DNA from: a virus
Taxonomy: Duplodnaviria; Caudoviricetes
Virus record (IMG/VR): IMGVR_UViG_3300017912_002026
Location: 1 to 36,182 of that record
Length of the DNA: 36,182 nt
Direction: 5' to 3' (one strand)
Under the pieces are notes generated by a model. The model was not told the DNA's origin. It saw only the letters and a program-made list of their open reading frames with translations, and made no database searches. Position 1 is the stretch's first letter, and every line of letters starts with the position of its first letter. A program made the position numbers and the translations under genes. Below, piece by piece: positions 8,266 to 15,087 of this stretch.

Positions 8266-8443
8266 CAAATACAAACTACCTGATGGTGGTCTTGAGGTTA
8301 TAATGATGGCGTTAGCTATGCTGGAGAAATTCGGACATAAGTTTCCCAATATAATTAAAGGCAAGCATTATCAGATAGCGTCAGTGATATATCAAGACCT
8401 GTTAAAGAAAACACAATATGAGCAAAAAGAATACGAATCTTAA
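8258..8443 (+). CDS. Hypothetical protein
   Basis: ORF tightly packed in the operon. Confidence 0.5.
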   Translation: MNDKYKLPDGGLEVIMMALAMLEKFGHKFPNIIKGKHYQIASVIYQDLLKKTQYEQKEYES

Positions 8444-8621
8444 CACGCTAAATAGCAATCTTAAATACATAAGAGCTAATTATAAGAAACTCATATTGAA
8501 AAACTTAATAGCTGGTAAACCTACGAATCGATTAGTGGAAAGATTAAAAGCAGTGGAAATACAAATATGGATGGCAAAAGAATCTCAGGATGGACAGAAA
8601 AAGACAGTATCCAATGGGTAA
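8418..8621 (+). CDS. Hypothetical protein
   Basis: ORF overlapping both neighbours. Confidence 0.4.
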   Translation: MSKKNTNLNTLNSNLKYIRANYKKLILKNLIAGKPTNRLVERLKAVEIQIWMAKESQDGQKKTVSNG

Positions 8622-8824
8622 TTGAGCAGTTAGAAAAGAGCGTTGTACAGGAGGTTAAGCCTGAAGGGGTATGTAACCTCAACTATGATAAAAGCCTAGC
8701 GGATAAACACCTTGTATGGTGCGGTATCTGCGGTATGGTGTATGACAGGGTATACAAAGATATCTATCCTGACTTCCCTAAACTTGGAAAGGAAAGACAT
8801 GACCACAAAAAATGTAAAAAATAA
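8567..8824 (+). CDS. Hypothetical Zn-binding protein
   Basis: WCGICG...YPDFPKLGKERHDHKKC. Confidence 0.55.
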   Translation: MDGKRISGWTEKDSIQWVIEQLEKSVVQEVKPEGVCNLNYDKSLADKHLVWCGICGMVYDRVYKDIYPDFPKLGKERHDHKKCKK

Positions 8825-9143
8825 ACCATTGGATGTAACAGAACATATGATGAAAGAGTATCCTGTTTTGATGAACAGTATTAAAAAACATTTCAATGGA
8901 TGCTTTTCGTTATTTGCTAAGAAACAAATGGATTATGGGTTAGGTAATATTGCTATGAATGGAGATAAAAAATTAGCATTGCTTGGAATCTTAATACGTT
9001 TAAACGACAAAGTTCAAAGAGCATTAAACATAGCTTTAAATGATCAAAATCCTAATAACGAGAGCTTAGAAGATACAGGAAGAGACATCACTAATTATGG
9101 AGCAATATTTAATACGGTACTAAAGGATGAGTGGAAGAAGTGA
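8799..9143 (+). CDS. Nucleotide-modification-associated domain 1 (Nmad1/DUF1599-like) protein
   Basis: KKQMDYG.NI...GILIRLNDKVQR...NESLEDT..DITNYG motif; ATG 8799 with AAGGA upstream. Confidence 0.75.
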   Translation: MTTKNVKNKPLDVTEHMMKEYPVLMNSIKKHFNGCFSLFAKKQMDYGLGNIAMNGDKKLALLGILIRLNDKVQRALNIALNDQNPNNESLEDTGRDITNYGAIFNTVLKDEWKK

Positions 9144-9435
9144 GGGTCTACGACGAAAACGAACACGATACTATAAGCACTCAGCCTTTAAAAAGAAAGA
9201 GCAAGACATCCTTGATTTTAAGACTGATTACAGTGACCAAGAATCTTGGCACCGTTGCATTGAACGAATTGCGATTGCTCAGTCTAAAATTGGGGTTAAG
9301 GATGCGTTACTGTGTGTTGAAAGTGTGGTCAGTAATGTTGAGTATCGTAAGGAAGGTTATGTCTATTGTTCGCCATATCAATTAGAAAGAGCTTTAGAGC
9401 TCATGCGAAAAGTCTATCTGCGTAAGAAGAAGTGA
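9127..9435 (+). CDS. Hypothetical protein (last gene of the rightward operon)
   Basis: ORF ending just before the terminator. Confidence 0.5.
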   Translation: MSGRSEGLRRKRTRYYKHSAFKKKEQDILDFKTDYSDQESWHRCIERIAIAQSKIGVKDALLCVESVVSNVEYRKEGYVYCSPYQLERALELMRKVYLRKKK

Positions 9436-9504
9436 GTTTGGTTGGCGCTAAATAAACTTTTAAATAACCTGTGGTTGTACTGTTTAAACAAGGTAAGCGT
9501 AGAT

Positions 9505-9542
9505 AAAAAAAGCCCCCCAAGATAATTCTCAGGGGGCTTTTT
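9505..9542. terminator. Bidirectional intrinsic terminator between convergent operons
   Basis: AAAAAAAGCCCCC...GGGGGCTTTTT hairpin with flanking A and T tracts. Confidence 0.85.
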
Positions 9543-9545
9543 AGT

Positions 9546-9734
9546 TTAGACTAAGTTCTCTTTAGCCTTCTCTAGAAGATCTGATTTAGGGGTGGCATTG
9601 GCTACCCAATCCTTCAGGATATATCCTATCAATCTCTCTTTCGTTGTGCCTATCTGAACGCTCTTAATAAGTAGCGTATCTTCAGTTGTCTTATTCACGA
9701 CCGCTCTGATAGTCTTTGCTTTTGCTCTGTTCAT
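9546..9734 (-). CDS. Small protein, possible ribbon-helix-helix DNA-binding protein
   Basis: KTIRAVV strand-like segment followed by two helices (GTTKERLIGYILKDW); RHH call is inference. Confidence 0.45.
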   Translation of the reverse strand: MNRAKAKTIRAVVNKTTEDTLLIKSVQIGTTKERLIGYILKDWVANATPKSDLLEKAKENLV

Positions 9735-9931
9735 TCCTGCACCTCCTTTCCATAGTCTTGGTTTATTAAGTAATAGTCAACACTGTCAATCTTTTTATAA
9801 AACCTAACAAACCCACGTTCTAATGCTTTTTCAAGCAATTGGTCTGCGTTTAATTCAAAATTAAATAAAGGTGCTTGTTGCTGGAACAAATCCTCTTTGT
9901 TAATTATCCATGGCATTTTTCTAGGCATCAT
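9731..9931 (-). CDS. Hypothetical protein
   Basis: GAGGTG RBS and coupled to neighbours. Confidence 0.6.
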   Translation of the reverse strand: MMPRKMPWIINKEDLFQQQAPLFNFELNADQLLEKALERGFVRFYKKIDSVDYYLINQDYGKEVQE

Positions 9932-10116
9932 TACACCTCGCTTTCTTTTTGCATATCTGATTTTATTTTGTCTAGTAACTTGCCCATTCTTAAAAGCTCT
10001 GACTTTGCAAGCACTGTAGCATCAAAACCAGCACAAGGGTTTTGCAGTATTGTAATGCAGTTTGATGCAGTTCTCTCCCATGTTGGGGTTAGGTCTATGT
10101 ATTGTTTCTTAGCCAT
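9931..10116 (-). CDS. Hypothetical protein ending KESEV
   Basis: GAGGTG RBS; IDLTPTW motif. Confidence 0.65.
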   Translation of the reverse strand: MAKKQYIDLTPTWERTASNCITILQNPCAGFDATVLAKSELLRMGKLLDKIKSDMQKESEV

Positions 10117-10118
10117 CG

Positions 10119-10283
10119 TTACACCTCACTTTCTTTAGGTTGCTGTTCTTCACGATATGGGTCATCCTCTATCATACGTTGTTTCCAAGAGCGCAATTCC
10201 TTGAGCTCCAGTTCTTGCTCCTGTAGTTTGTTTTCTAAGTCTCTAACTAATTTCTTTAGTAACTCTAAATTAAACTGATTCAC
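10119..10283 (-). CDS. Small coiled-coil protein (54 aa, MNQFNLELLKKL...PKESEV)
   Basis: Translated by hand; GTG start with GAGGTG RBS; not in the ORF track. Confidence 0.65.
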   Translation of the reverse strand: MNQFNLELLKKLVRDLENKLQEQELELKELRSWKQRMIEDDPYREEQQPKESEV

Positions 10284-10284
10284 G

Positions 10285-10626
10285 TTACACCTCACTTTCT
10301 TTGTTTAAACGCGTTTTGTATAAACGCTCTAATCGATCGACTCTGTCAACAGCATACTTTCTTAATCCTGCGCAAAAGATTAATGTTCTCTTATAATCTA
10401 GATTAGCTAGGTAATAGTCTAGGTTGTCTCTGAAGTCCTTGAACTTGCCTGATACATATTCTCTATACTTAGTATTGCTATTATTGAAGTCAGGATAAAA
10501 GTATTCGTAAAACGTCCAGCCATCCATCTCGTTGTGCGCATTTAAAAGTGTTCGTATGTTTGCTAAAATATCCTCATCAGATTGAGGTGCTATTTTTTTT
10601 GCATATTTTTTATCTATTTCTAACAT
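10285..10626 (-). CDS. Hypothetical protein ending KESEV
   Basis: ATG at 10626 preceded by GGAG. Confidence 0.65.
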   Translation of the reverse strand: MLEIDKKYAKKIAPQSDEDILANIRTLLNAHNEMDGWTFYEYFYPDFNNSNTKYREYVSGKFKDFRDNLDYYLANLDYKRTLIFCAGLRKYAVDRVDRLERLYKTRLNKESEV

Positions 10627-10668
10627 TTTATTCTCCATGTGTTTTGTGTTACGGCTTTATTACCGTTG

Positions 10669-10712
10669 AGGATAGGGCTGGAATCGAACCAGCCCAAGCT
10701 CCAAGCTATCCT
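10669..10712 (-). ncRNA. tRNA-like mini-element (acceptor-like stem plus T-arm, no D or anticodon arm)
   Basis: AGGATAG-cttggagcttg-GGCTGG-TTCGATT-CCAGCC-CTATCCT. Confidence 0.5.
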
Positions 10713-10926
10713 AACCCAATGTCTCGCCATACCCATCCCACTCGACAGTTGGGTATCTGTCTTTTCTGTATGGGTACCGTTCAGAGTCGTAGCAGTCGCT
10801 ACAGTACAAGCCAGTAAACATACCATAAGCATCTTTTCGAGACCAATGGTGGTATGTTATTGGCGTTACACTGTCACACTGATTGTCACAGCCCTTGCAT
10901 TGAACTTGTTGTGTTTCATTTAACAT
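10711..10926 (-). CDS. Small Zn-finger protein
   Basis: CKGC...CSDC; AGGAG RBS. Confidence 0.65.
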   Translation of the reverse strand: MLNETQQVQCKGCDNQCDSVTPITYHHWSRKDAYGMFTGLYCSDCYDSERYPYRKDRYPTVEWDGYGETLG

Positions 10927-10934
10927 ATTAGCTC

Positions 10935-11237
10935 CTAACCTTTTACCTGTCTACTCATTATAACTGCTTGCTCAGCGCAAAAGCTCTGAATGCTCATAGC
11001 CAGTTTGTAGAACTCAGGTTTGAGGTTGACTCTATCGTTAGGTGTCTTTTTAACAACTGTTTTAGTCTTGTTAACACAGTGCTTAGGCATGACTGTTTTC
11101 ATACCGTCCTCTGTGGTGTTTAAACAGATATTATCTAGCACCTCCATAAAGCACCTCTCTAGGCTCTCAATTGATTTAGCACTCAATGATAAGCCTTTGG
11201 CATTGATATGCTTTTTTACCTTGCTTTTCTGAATCAT
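10935..11237 (-). CDS. Bacterial-type histone-fold protein with C-terminal helical extension
   Basis: SKVKKHINAKG-LSLSAKSIESL...EDGMKTVM matches the Bd0055-type histone pattern as I recall it; GAGGTG RBS. Confidence 0.75.
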   Translation of the reverse strand: MIQKSKVKKHINAKGLSLSAKSIESLERCFMEVLDNICLNTTEDGMKTVMPKHCVNKTKTVVKKTPNDRVNLKPEFYKLAMSIQSFCAEQAVIMSRQVKG

Positions 11238-11335
11238 AGCGCACCTCTCAAAAAGGCTAGGATAAAGTGTCCGCCAAAATAAAGTATGGCGAACACTATA
11301 AACCAGTTAGTGAGCTTGTCGATGTATTTATCCAT
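11234..11335 (-). CDS. Small single-TM peptide (33 aa, MDKYIDKLTNWFIVFAILYFGGHFILAFLRGAL)
   Basis: Translated by hand; GAGG RBS; ATGA coupling to the histone gene. Confidence 0.6.
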   Translation of the reverse strand: MDKYIDKLTNWFIVFAILYFGGHFILAFLRGAL

Positions 11336-12083
11336 TTGCGACCTCTTTTCTGAGCTTTTCCTGTTCATGTAGATAAACTCTACGTTCCAAGTGTCTAATT
11401 ATGATGCCGTTGACTTCAGGGTCATCAGAGAACATTGGCTGGCGACACTCAGGACAAACTGCACTTCCATATTCTACAATGTTTTTTCTACTTGTCCTGA
11501 CAATGTAGTCATGGTCTACAGCTTGACAGTTAAGCTTAAGCATCCTAGTGGTCTGAACTCTGCGCTTAACAGGCAACCATTTAGTATGAGGAATCTTACC
11601 TACCTTTTTAACCATTTTGTCGATCTTCTTGACGAGCTCTTTAGACTCTGTAGTTGCAGTCATTTTACCCTCTAATCCTACAGCTAACGCTAGGGTTTTG
11701 AATTTACCTCTGTGACCCTCGGCTGGTGTCAGGTAATGAATTAGCTCATGGATAAGAACACCGACTATCTTTGTGGTGTCAGTCAAGTCAGGAGTAATAA
11801 GTATCTGAGTCTTCATTTTCTCCTTGTCAGATATGCTGTAGCCAGCCCAGCATTGACCTATAATATTGCTGGTCTTTTTAGCTCTGTAGAGCTTGCCATT
11901 GACAACCTGACCATTGATACGTTTATTAGGTGGAAATGCCATGCTAAACTGTAGGTCTTTAATATTGAATTTCTTCTTAATACCTAGCTTGTTAAGCAAT
12001 GGTTGTTTAAACAGGTCTTTGTTGACTACCTGAGCCATCTCAAAGAGCCACTCTTCACGAGAATGTATCTTAGGTTTATTCAC
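11328..12083 (-). CDS. SprT-like zinc metallopeptidase with C-terminal Zn ribbon
   Basis: VLIHELIH...GHRGKF (HExxH...H); C-terminal C..H...CPEC; GTG start with GGAGGTG RBS. Confidence 0.8.
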   Translation of the reverse strand: MNKPKIHSREEWLFEMAQVVNKDLFKQPLLNKLGIKKKFNIKDLQFSMAFPPNKRINGQVVNGKLYRAKKTSNIIGQCWAGYSISDKEKMKTQILITPDLTDTTKIVGVLIHELIHYLTPAEGHRGKFKTLALAVGLEGKMTATTESKELVKKIDKMVKKVGKIPHTKWLPVKRRVQTTRMLKLNCQAVDHDYIVRTSRKNIVEYGSAVCPECRQPMFSDDPEVNGIIIRHLERRVYLHEQEKLRKEVANG

Positions 12084-12292
12084 GCTACACCTCCCTCGAT
12101 TTTGCACTGTATCTCGTATTGTTTTGTCTCTAGCTTTTCTTTCTTGTGTTCTAGCGAGTCTATTTTGCGTTCTTGCTTGGGAGTTGCGTTAACAATATCA
12201 TATAAGTCTGTAAGTTCTATCTCTATGTCATCTATAGACTTAGCGACCTTAGCAAACTTATTTTCTAGTTTCTGTATTGTTTTGTTTGACAT
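12080..12292 (-). CDS. Coiled-coil protein, first gene of the leftward operon
   Basis: ATG at 12292 (MSNKTIQ) with GAGAGGA RBS. Confidence 0.6.
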   Translation of the reverse strand: MSNKTIQKLENKFAKVAKSIDDIEIELTDLYDIVNATPKQERKIDSLEHKKEKLETKQYEIQCKIEGGVA

Positions 12293-12398
12293 TATATATG
12301 TCCTCTCTGTGTTTTTGTGTGTGCTCACGACGAGCCAACCCTACGCGTAGTAAGCAATTGTGTTGTTTTGATGTTTTTTTGGGCTGTTTCATAAACAC

Positions 12399-12428
12399 AT
12401 CTTAATCACATTAATCACAATTGTGCAA
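12399..12428 (-). promoter_or_regulatory. Leftward early promoter with tandem TGTGATTAA repeats in the spacer
   Basis: TTGCAC-18 nt-TAAGAT; AT-rich upstream region containing the ATGTTTAAACAT palindrome. Confidence 0.55.
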
Positions 12429-12783
12429 GTAAATAATGTTTAAACATCTATTTATTTTTAATCTGTCGTCGTGAACAAGATAAACGATTGTATTAGTTTT
12501 GAGTTGGTAATGTGACTATTATTGACCCAATTCAGGCACGCATTTTATGTTTCAGAATTCGTTTTGACATATAATAGGTGTCGACAGCACTAAATCAGAG
12601 GGTGTCAGGGTTAGTTACCCTCCCTTTATCGACGAGAAAGTAGTCGATTAAGTACAGTTTAAGTCCTTTTCGTGGGCGTGTATTGATTTAATTGTGTTTG
12701 GCAGGGTAGGGGAGCCCCCTCCCTTCCGATCGGTACCTTGCGCATGTGCTGGTGGGTAGTTATTAATTGACACAGGGAATATT

Positions 12784-13107
12784 GTGGCTAGAAAACCAAA
12801 ATCTAAAAAAGACATGTTAGCTAAGTCTTGGGGCGAATGGATCAGAAGTCATCCACAGACCCCTGCCTTACTACAAAAATTATTTGATACTGCTATGACT
12901 GATGGAGACCCAAACCAGTTTAAAGCTATTAATATGCTTGTAGACCGTATTGCTCCACACTTGAAAGCCGTTGAGATGGATGTTAAGGGCGAAATATCTC
13001 AAGGTGTCATAGTTTTACCTGAGAAAAAGAAGAAGACCCCTCGTAAGCCTACTCAAGTTGATTTGGTAGCTGAGGAGGTAATTAAAGACATAAGCGCGGA
13101 GGCATAA
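12784..13107 (+). CDS. terS: Putative terminase small subunit
   Basis: Position upstream of terL; helical core, FKAINMLVDR..P.LKAVE and VIVLPEK tail. Confidence 0.6.
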   Translation: MARKPKSKKDMLAKSWGEWIRSHPQTPALLQKLFDTAMTDGDPNQFKAINMLVDRIAPHLKAVEMDVKGEISQGVIVLPEKKKKTPRKPTQVDLVAEEVIKDISAEA

Positions 13108-13263
13108 ATGAGTTTATATGAAAATATAAATAAACGTAAAAAGGCTGGTACAAGCAGATCAAAAGCTAATACAACTATTGATCCTAAGACCTATGCCAAA
13201 ATGCAAGCCAAAAAAGGTGGGTTTGCTCCTAAGAAGAAAAAGAAAAAAGCTAAGATGGTCTAA
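13108..13263 (+). CDS. Small basic protein (51 aa, MSLYENINKRKKAGTSRSK...)
   Basis: Translated by hand; GGAGG RBS; resembles basic peptides common in aquatic phages. Confidence 0.7.
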   Translation: MSLYENINKRKKAGTSRSKANTTIDPKTYAKMQAKKGGFAPKKKKKKAKMV

Positions 13264-13523
13264 TGTCGCAAGCTTGGACAAGAAAAGAAGGCAAGAATCC
13301 TGCTGGTGGATTGAATGCTAAGGGAAGAGCAAGTTACACAAAAGGTAACTTGAAGCCCCCTGTCACTGAATCTAATCCTACTGGTAAACGCAAATCTAGA
13401 AAAAAATCTTTTTGTGCACGTATGTGTGGCATGAAAAAGAAAAGAACAGGTAGAGCAACTGCTAACGATCCTAATTCAAGAGTAAATAAATCATTACGCA
13501 TTTGGAAATGTCGCTGTAGTTAA
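13263..13523 (+). CDS. Conserved basic phage protein (DUF6321-like)
   Basis: WTRKEGKNP.GGLNAKGRASY...KSFCARM...DPNSR.NKSLR.W.C. Confidence 0.7.
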   Translation: MSQAWTRKEGKNPAGGLNAKGRASYTKGNLKPPVTESNPTGKRKSRKKSFCARMCGMKKKRTGRATANDPNSRVNKSLRIWKCRCS

Positions 13524-14902
13524 TGGCTGAAAAAATAATATGGCAACCCCATAAAGGTGCACAGACTAAAGCTTTACAGCAATCATCTAAAGAGATACTT
13601 TTTGGGGGAAGTCGCGGTGGGGGCAAGACCGAAGCTGGTTTAGCTTGGATGATAGAGCCCACCTACCTAATGAATGAAAGATATAGAGGTCTTGTCATTC
13701 GTAGAAACTATGATGACCTAAGAGACTGGATCGATAGAGCCAAAATGTTCTATCGTAGTTTAGGGGTAAAAGTTACAGGTAATCCAGCAGAATTCTCTTT
13801 TCCTAGTGGCGCTAAGATAAGAACTGGTCATTTAGCTGACAGTGACGCTACTTACAAGTATCTTGGACACGAATATCATAAGATATTGATTGAAGAGCTT
13901 ACTATAATACCCTCAGAAGAAAACTATTTACGTCTAATATCTACCTGTAGATCAACAGTTAAAGGTTTGGAGCCTCAGGTCTTCTGCACAACAAACCCTG
14001 CTGGTGTGGGTCATATGTGGGTTAAGCAACGTTTTGTAGATGTAGCGCGCAATAAAGAATATGTTGACCCAAAAACAGGGCAAACAAGAATATTTATCCC
14101 CTCTCAAATATATGACAACCCTACCTTAATGGAGAACGACCCTGACTATGTAAAACATTTAGAGGGCTTACCTGAAGATTTAAAACGTGTTTGGTTAGAT
14201 GGCGACTGGGATTGCTTTCAGGGACAGTATTTTTCTAGATGGAGACACGAAAAACACGTCATTACACCATTTAAGATACCTCAAGACTGGCATAGGTACA
14301 GAATGATTGACTATGGATACAAAGCTAATTTTGTATGCTTATGGGTTGCTGTGGATTATGATGGTACTGCCTATGTATATCGCGAGCACTCAGAAGCTGG
14401 ACAACCCCTATCTTATCATATACAAAAGATTTTAGAATACAGTGGAGATGAAAAATATGAGAACACTCTTGCTGACCCCTCTATGTGGATCAAGAATCCT
14501 CAAAATACTAACACTTGGTCAAATGCTATGCCTACTCATATGTCTATTGCCGACATTATGTTGAAAAACGGTATACCTGTAAACCGCGCTAATAACGACA
14601 GAATAAGTGGCTGGAACCTCATACGCGAGTATTTGGAATGGAATGACTCGGATAAACCTGAACCACGTATTAAATTTTTTAAAAATTGCAAAGAAACGAT
14701 AAAGAACTTACCTATGCTTGTACACTCAGAGCGCAAGCCTGAGGATTTAGATACAACTCAACATGATCACGAAGCGGATGCGCTTAGATATGGAATGATG
14801 TATATAGGTAGTCCAAGCAAAGAAAAGATAAAGCCGTTTTTAGAAAGAGAGTTAGAGAAGTTATTAGCACTAGACGACCAATATATGGGGGTAAGGAATT
14901 GA
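13523..14902 (+). CDS. terL: Terminase large subunit
   Basis: Walker A GGSRGGGKT, Walker B ILIEE, TTNP motif, nuclease IDYG and DHEADALRY. Confidence 0.95.
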   Translation: MAEKIIWQPHKGAQTKALQQSSKEILFGGSRGGGKTEAGLAWMIEPTYLMNERYRGLVIRRNYDDLRDWIDRAKMFYRSLGVKVTGNPAEFSFPSGAKIRTGHLADSDATYKYLGHEYHKILIEELTIIPSEENYLRLISTCRSTVKGLEPQVFCTTNPAGVGHMWVKQRFVDVARNKEYVDPKTGQTRIFIPSQIYDNPTLMENDPDYVKHLEGLPEDLKRVWLDGDWDCFQGQYFSRWRHEKHVITPFKIPQDWHRYRMIDYGYKANFVCLWVAVDYDGTAYVYREHSEAGQPLSYHIQKILEYSGDEKYENTLADPSMWIKNPQNTNTWSNAMPTHMSIADIMLKNGIPVNRANNDRISGWNLIREYLEWNDSDKPEPRIKFFKNCKETIKNLPMLVHSERKPEDLDTTQHDHEADALRYGMMYIGSPSKEKIKPFLERELEKLLALDDQYMGVRN

Positions 14903-15087
14903 TTAAGATTATCCTTTTTGATGAAATGGGAGAATATGAGATATCCCTGCCAACCGATGATAGCTCTGATCCTGATTTAGATGACGCATCTATGTTGGAA
15001 TACGAGAGAGCCATAGCATCTATAGCTACAAGATTTTTAGATATCCAATGCGACCCCAATAACCAGTTAATAGGCACACAATGTTAA
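14899..15087 (+). CDS. Small acidic hypothetical protein
   Basis: Bridges terL and the portal with overlaps; TAAGGA RBS. Confidence 0.5.
   Translation: MIKIILFDEMGEYEISLPTDDSSDPDLDDASMLEYERAIASIATRFLDIQCDPNNQLIGTQC

Larger units (their letters stand above)
9931..10302 (-). repeat. Three 18-bp direct repeats AAAGAAAG(T/C)GAGGTGTAA
   Basis: Plus-strand TTACACCTC(A/G)CTTTCTTT at 9931, 10119 and 10285. Confidence 0.9.

Noticed and set aside
9131-9385. Alternative-frame ORF overlapping 9127..9435
   Set aside because: Fully nested, no motif; I could not support both frames.
9931-10302. CRISPR-array interpretation of the 18-bp repeats
   Set aside because: Repeats are too short, spacers are 148-170 bp coding genes, and no cas operon is present; the 4604 nuclease fits phage recombination context.
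10669-10712. Functional tRNA gene
   Set aside because: No D arm, anticodon arm or CCA; kept only as a tRNA-like element.
9875-12350. Plus-strand ORFs across the leftward operon
   Set aside because: Antisense shadows of minus-strand genes that have clear RBSs and coupling.
12300-12395. Ribozyme or riboswitch in the early 5' UTR
   Set aside because: Only two small hairpins (CTACGCGTAG, GCTC-GTCGT-GAGC); no hammerhead or other recognisable core.
12700-12783. GC-rich tract upstream of terS as a pac/cos site
   Set aside because: Position is plausible but no diagnostic sequence; needs read-terminus data.
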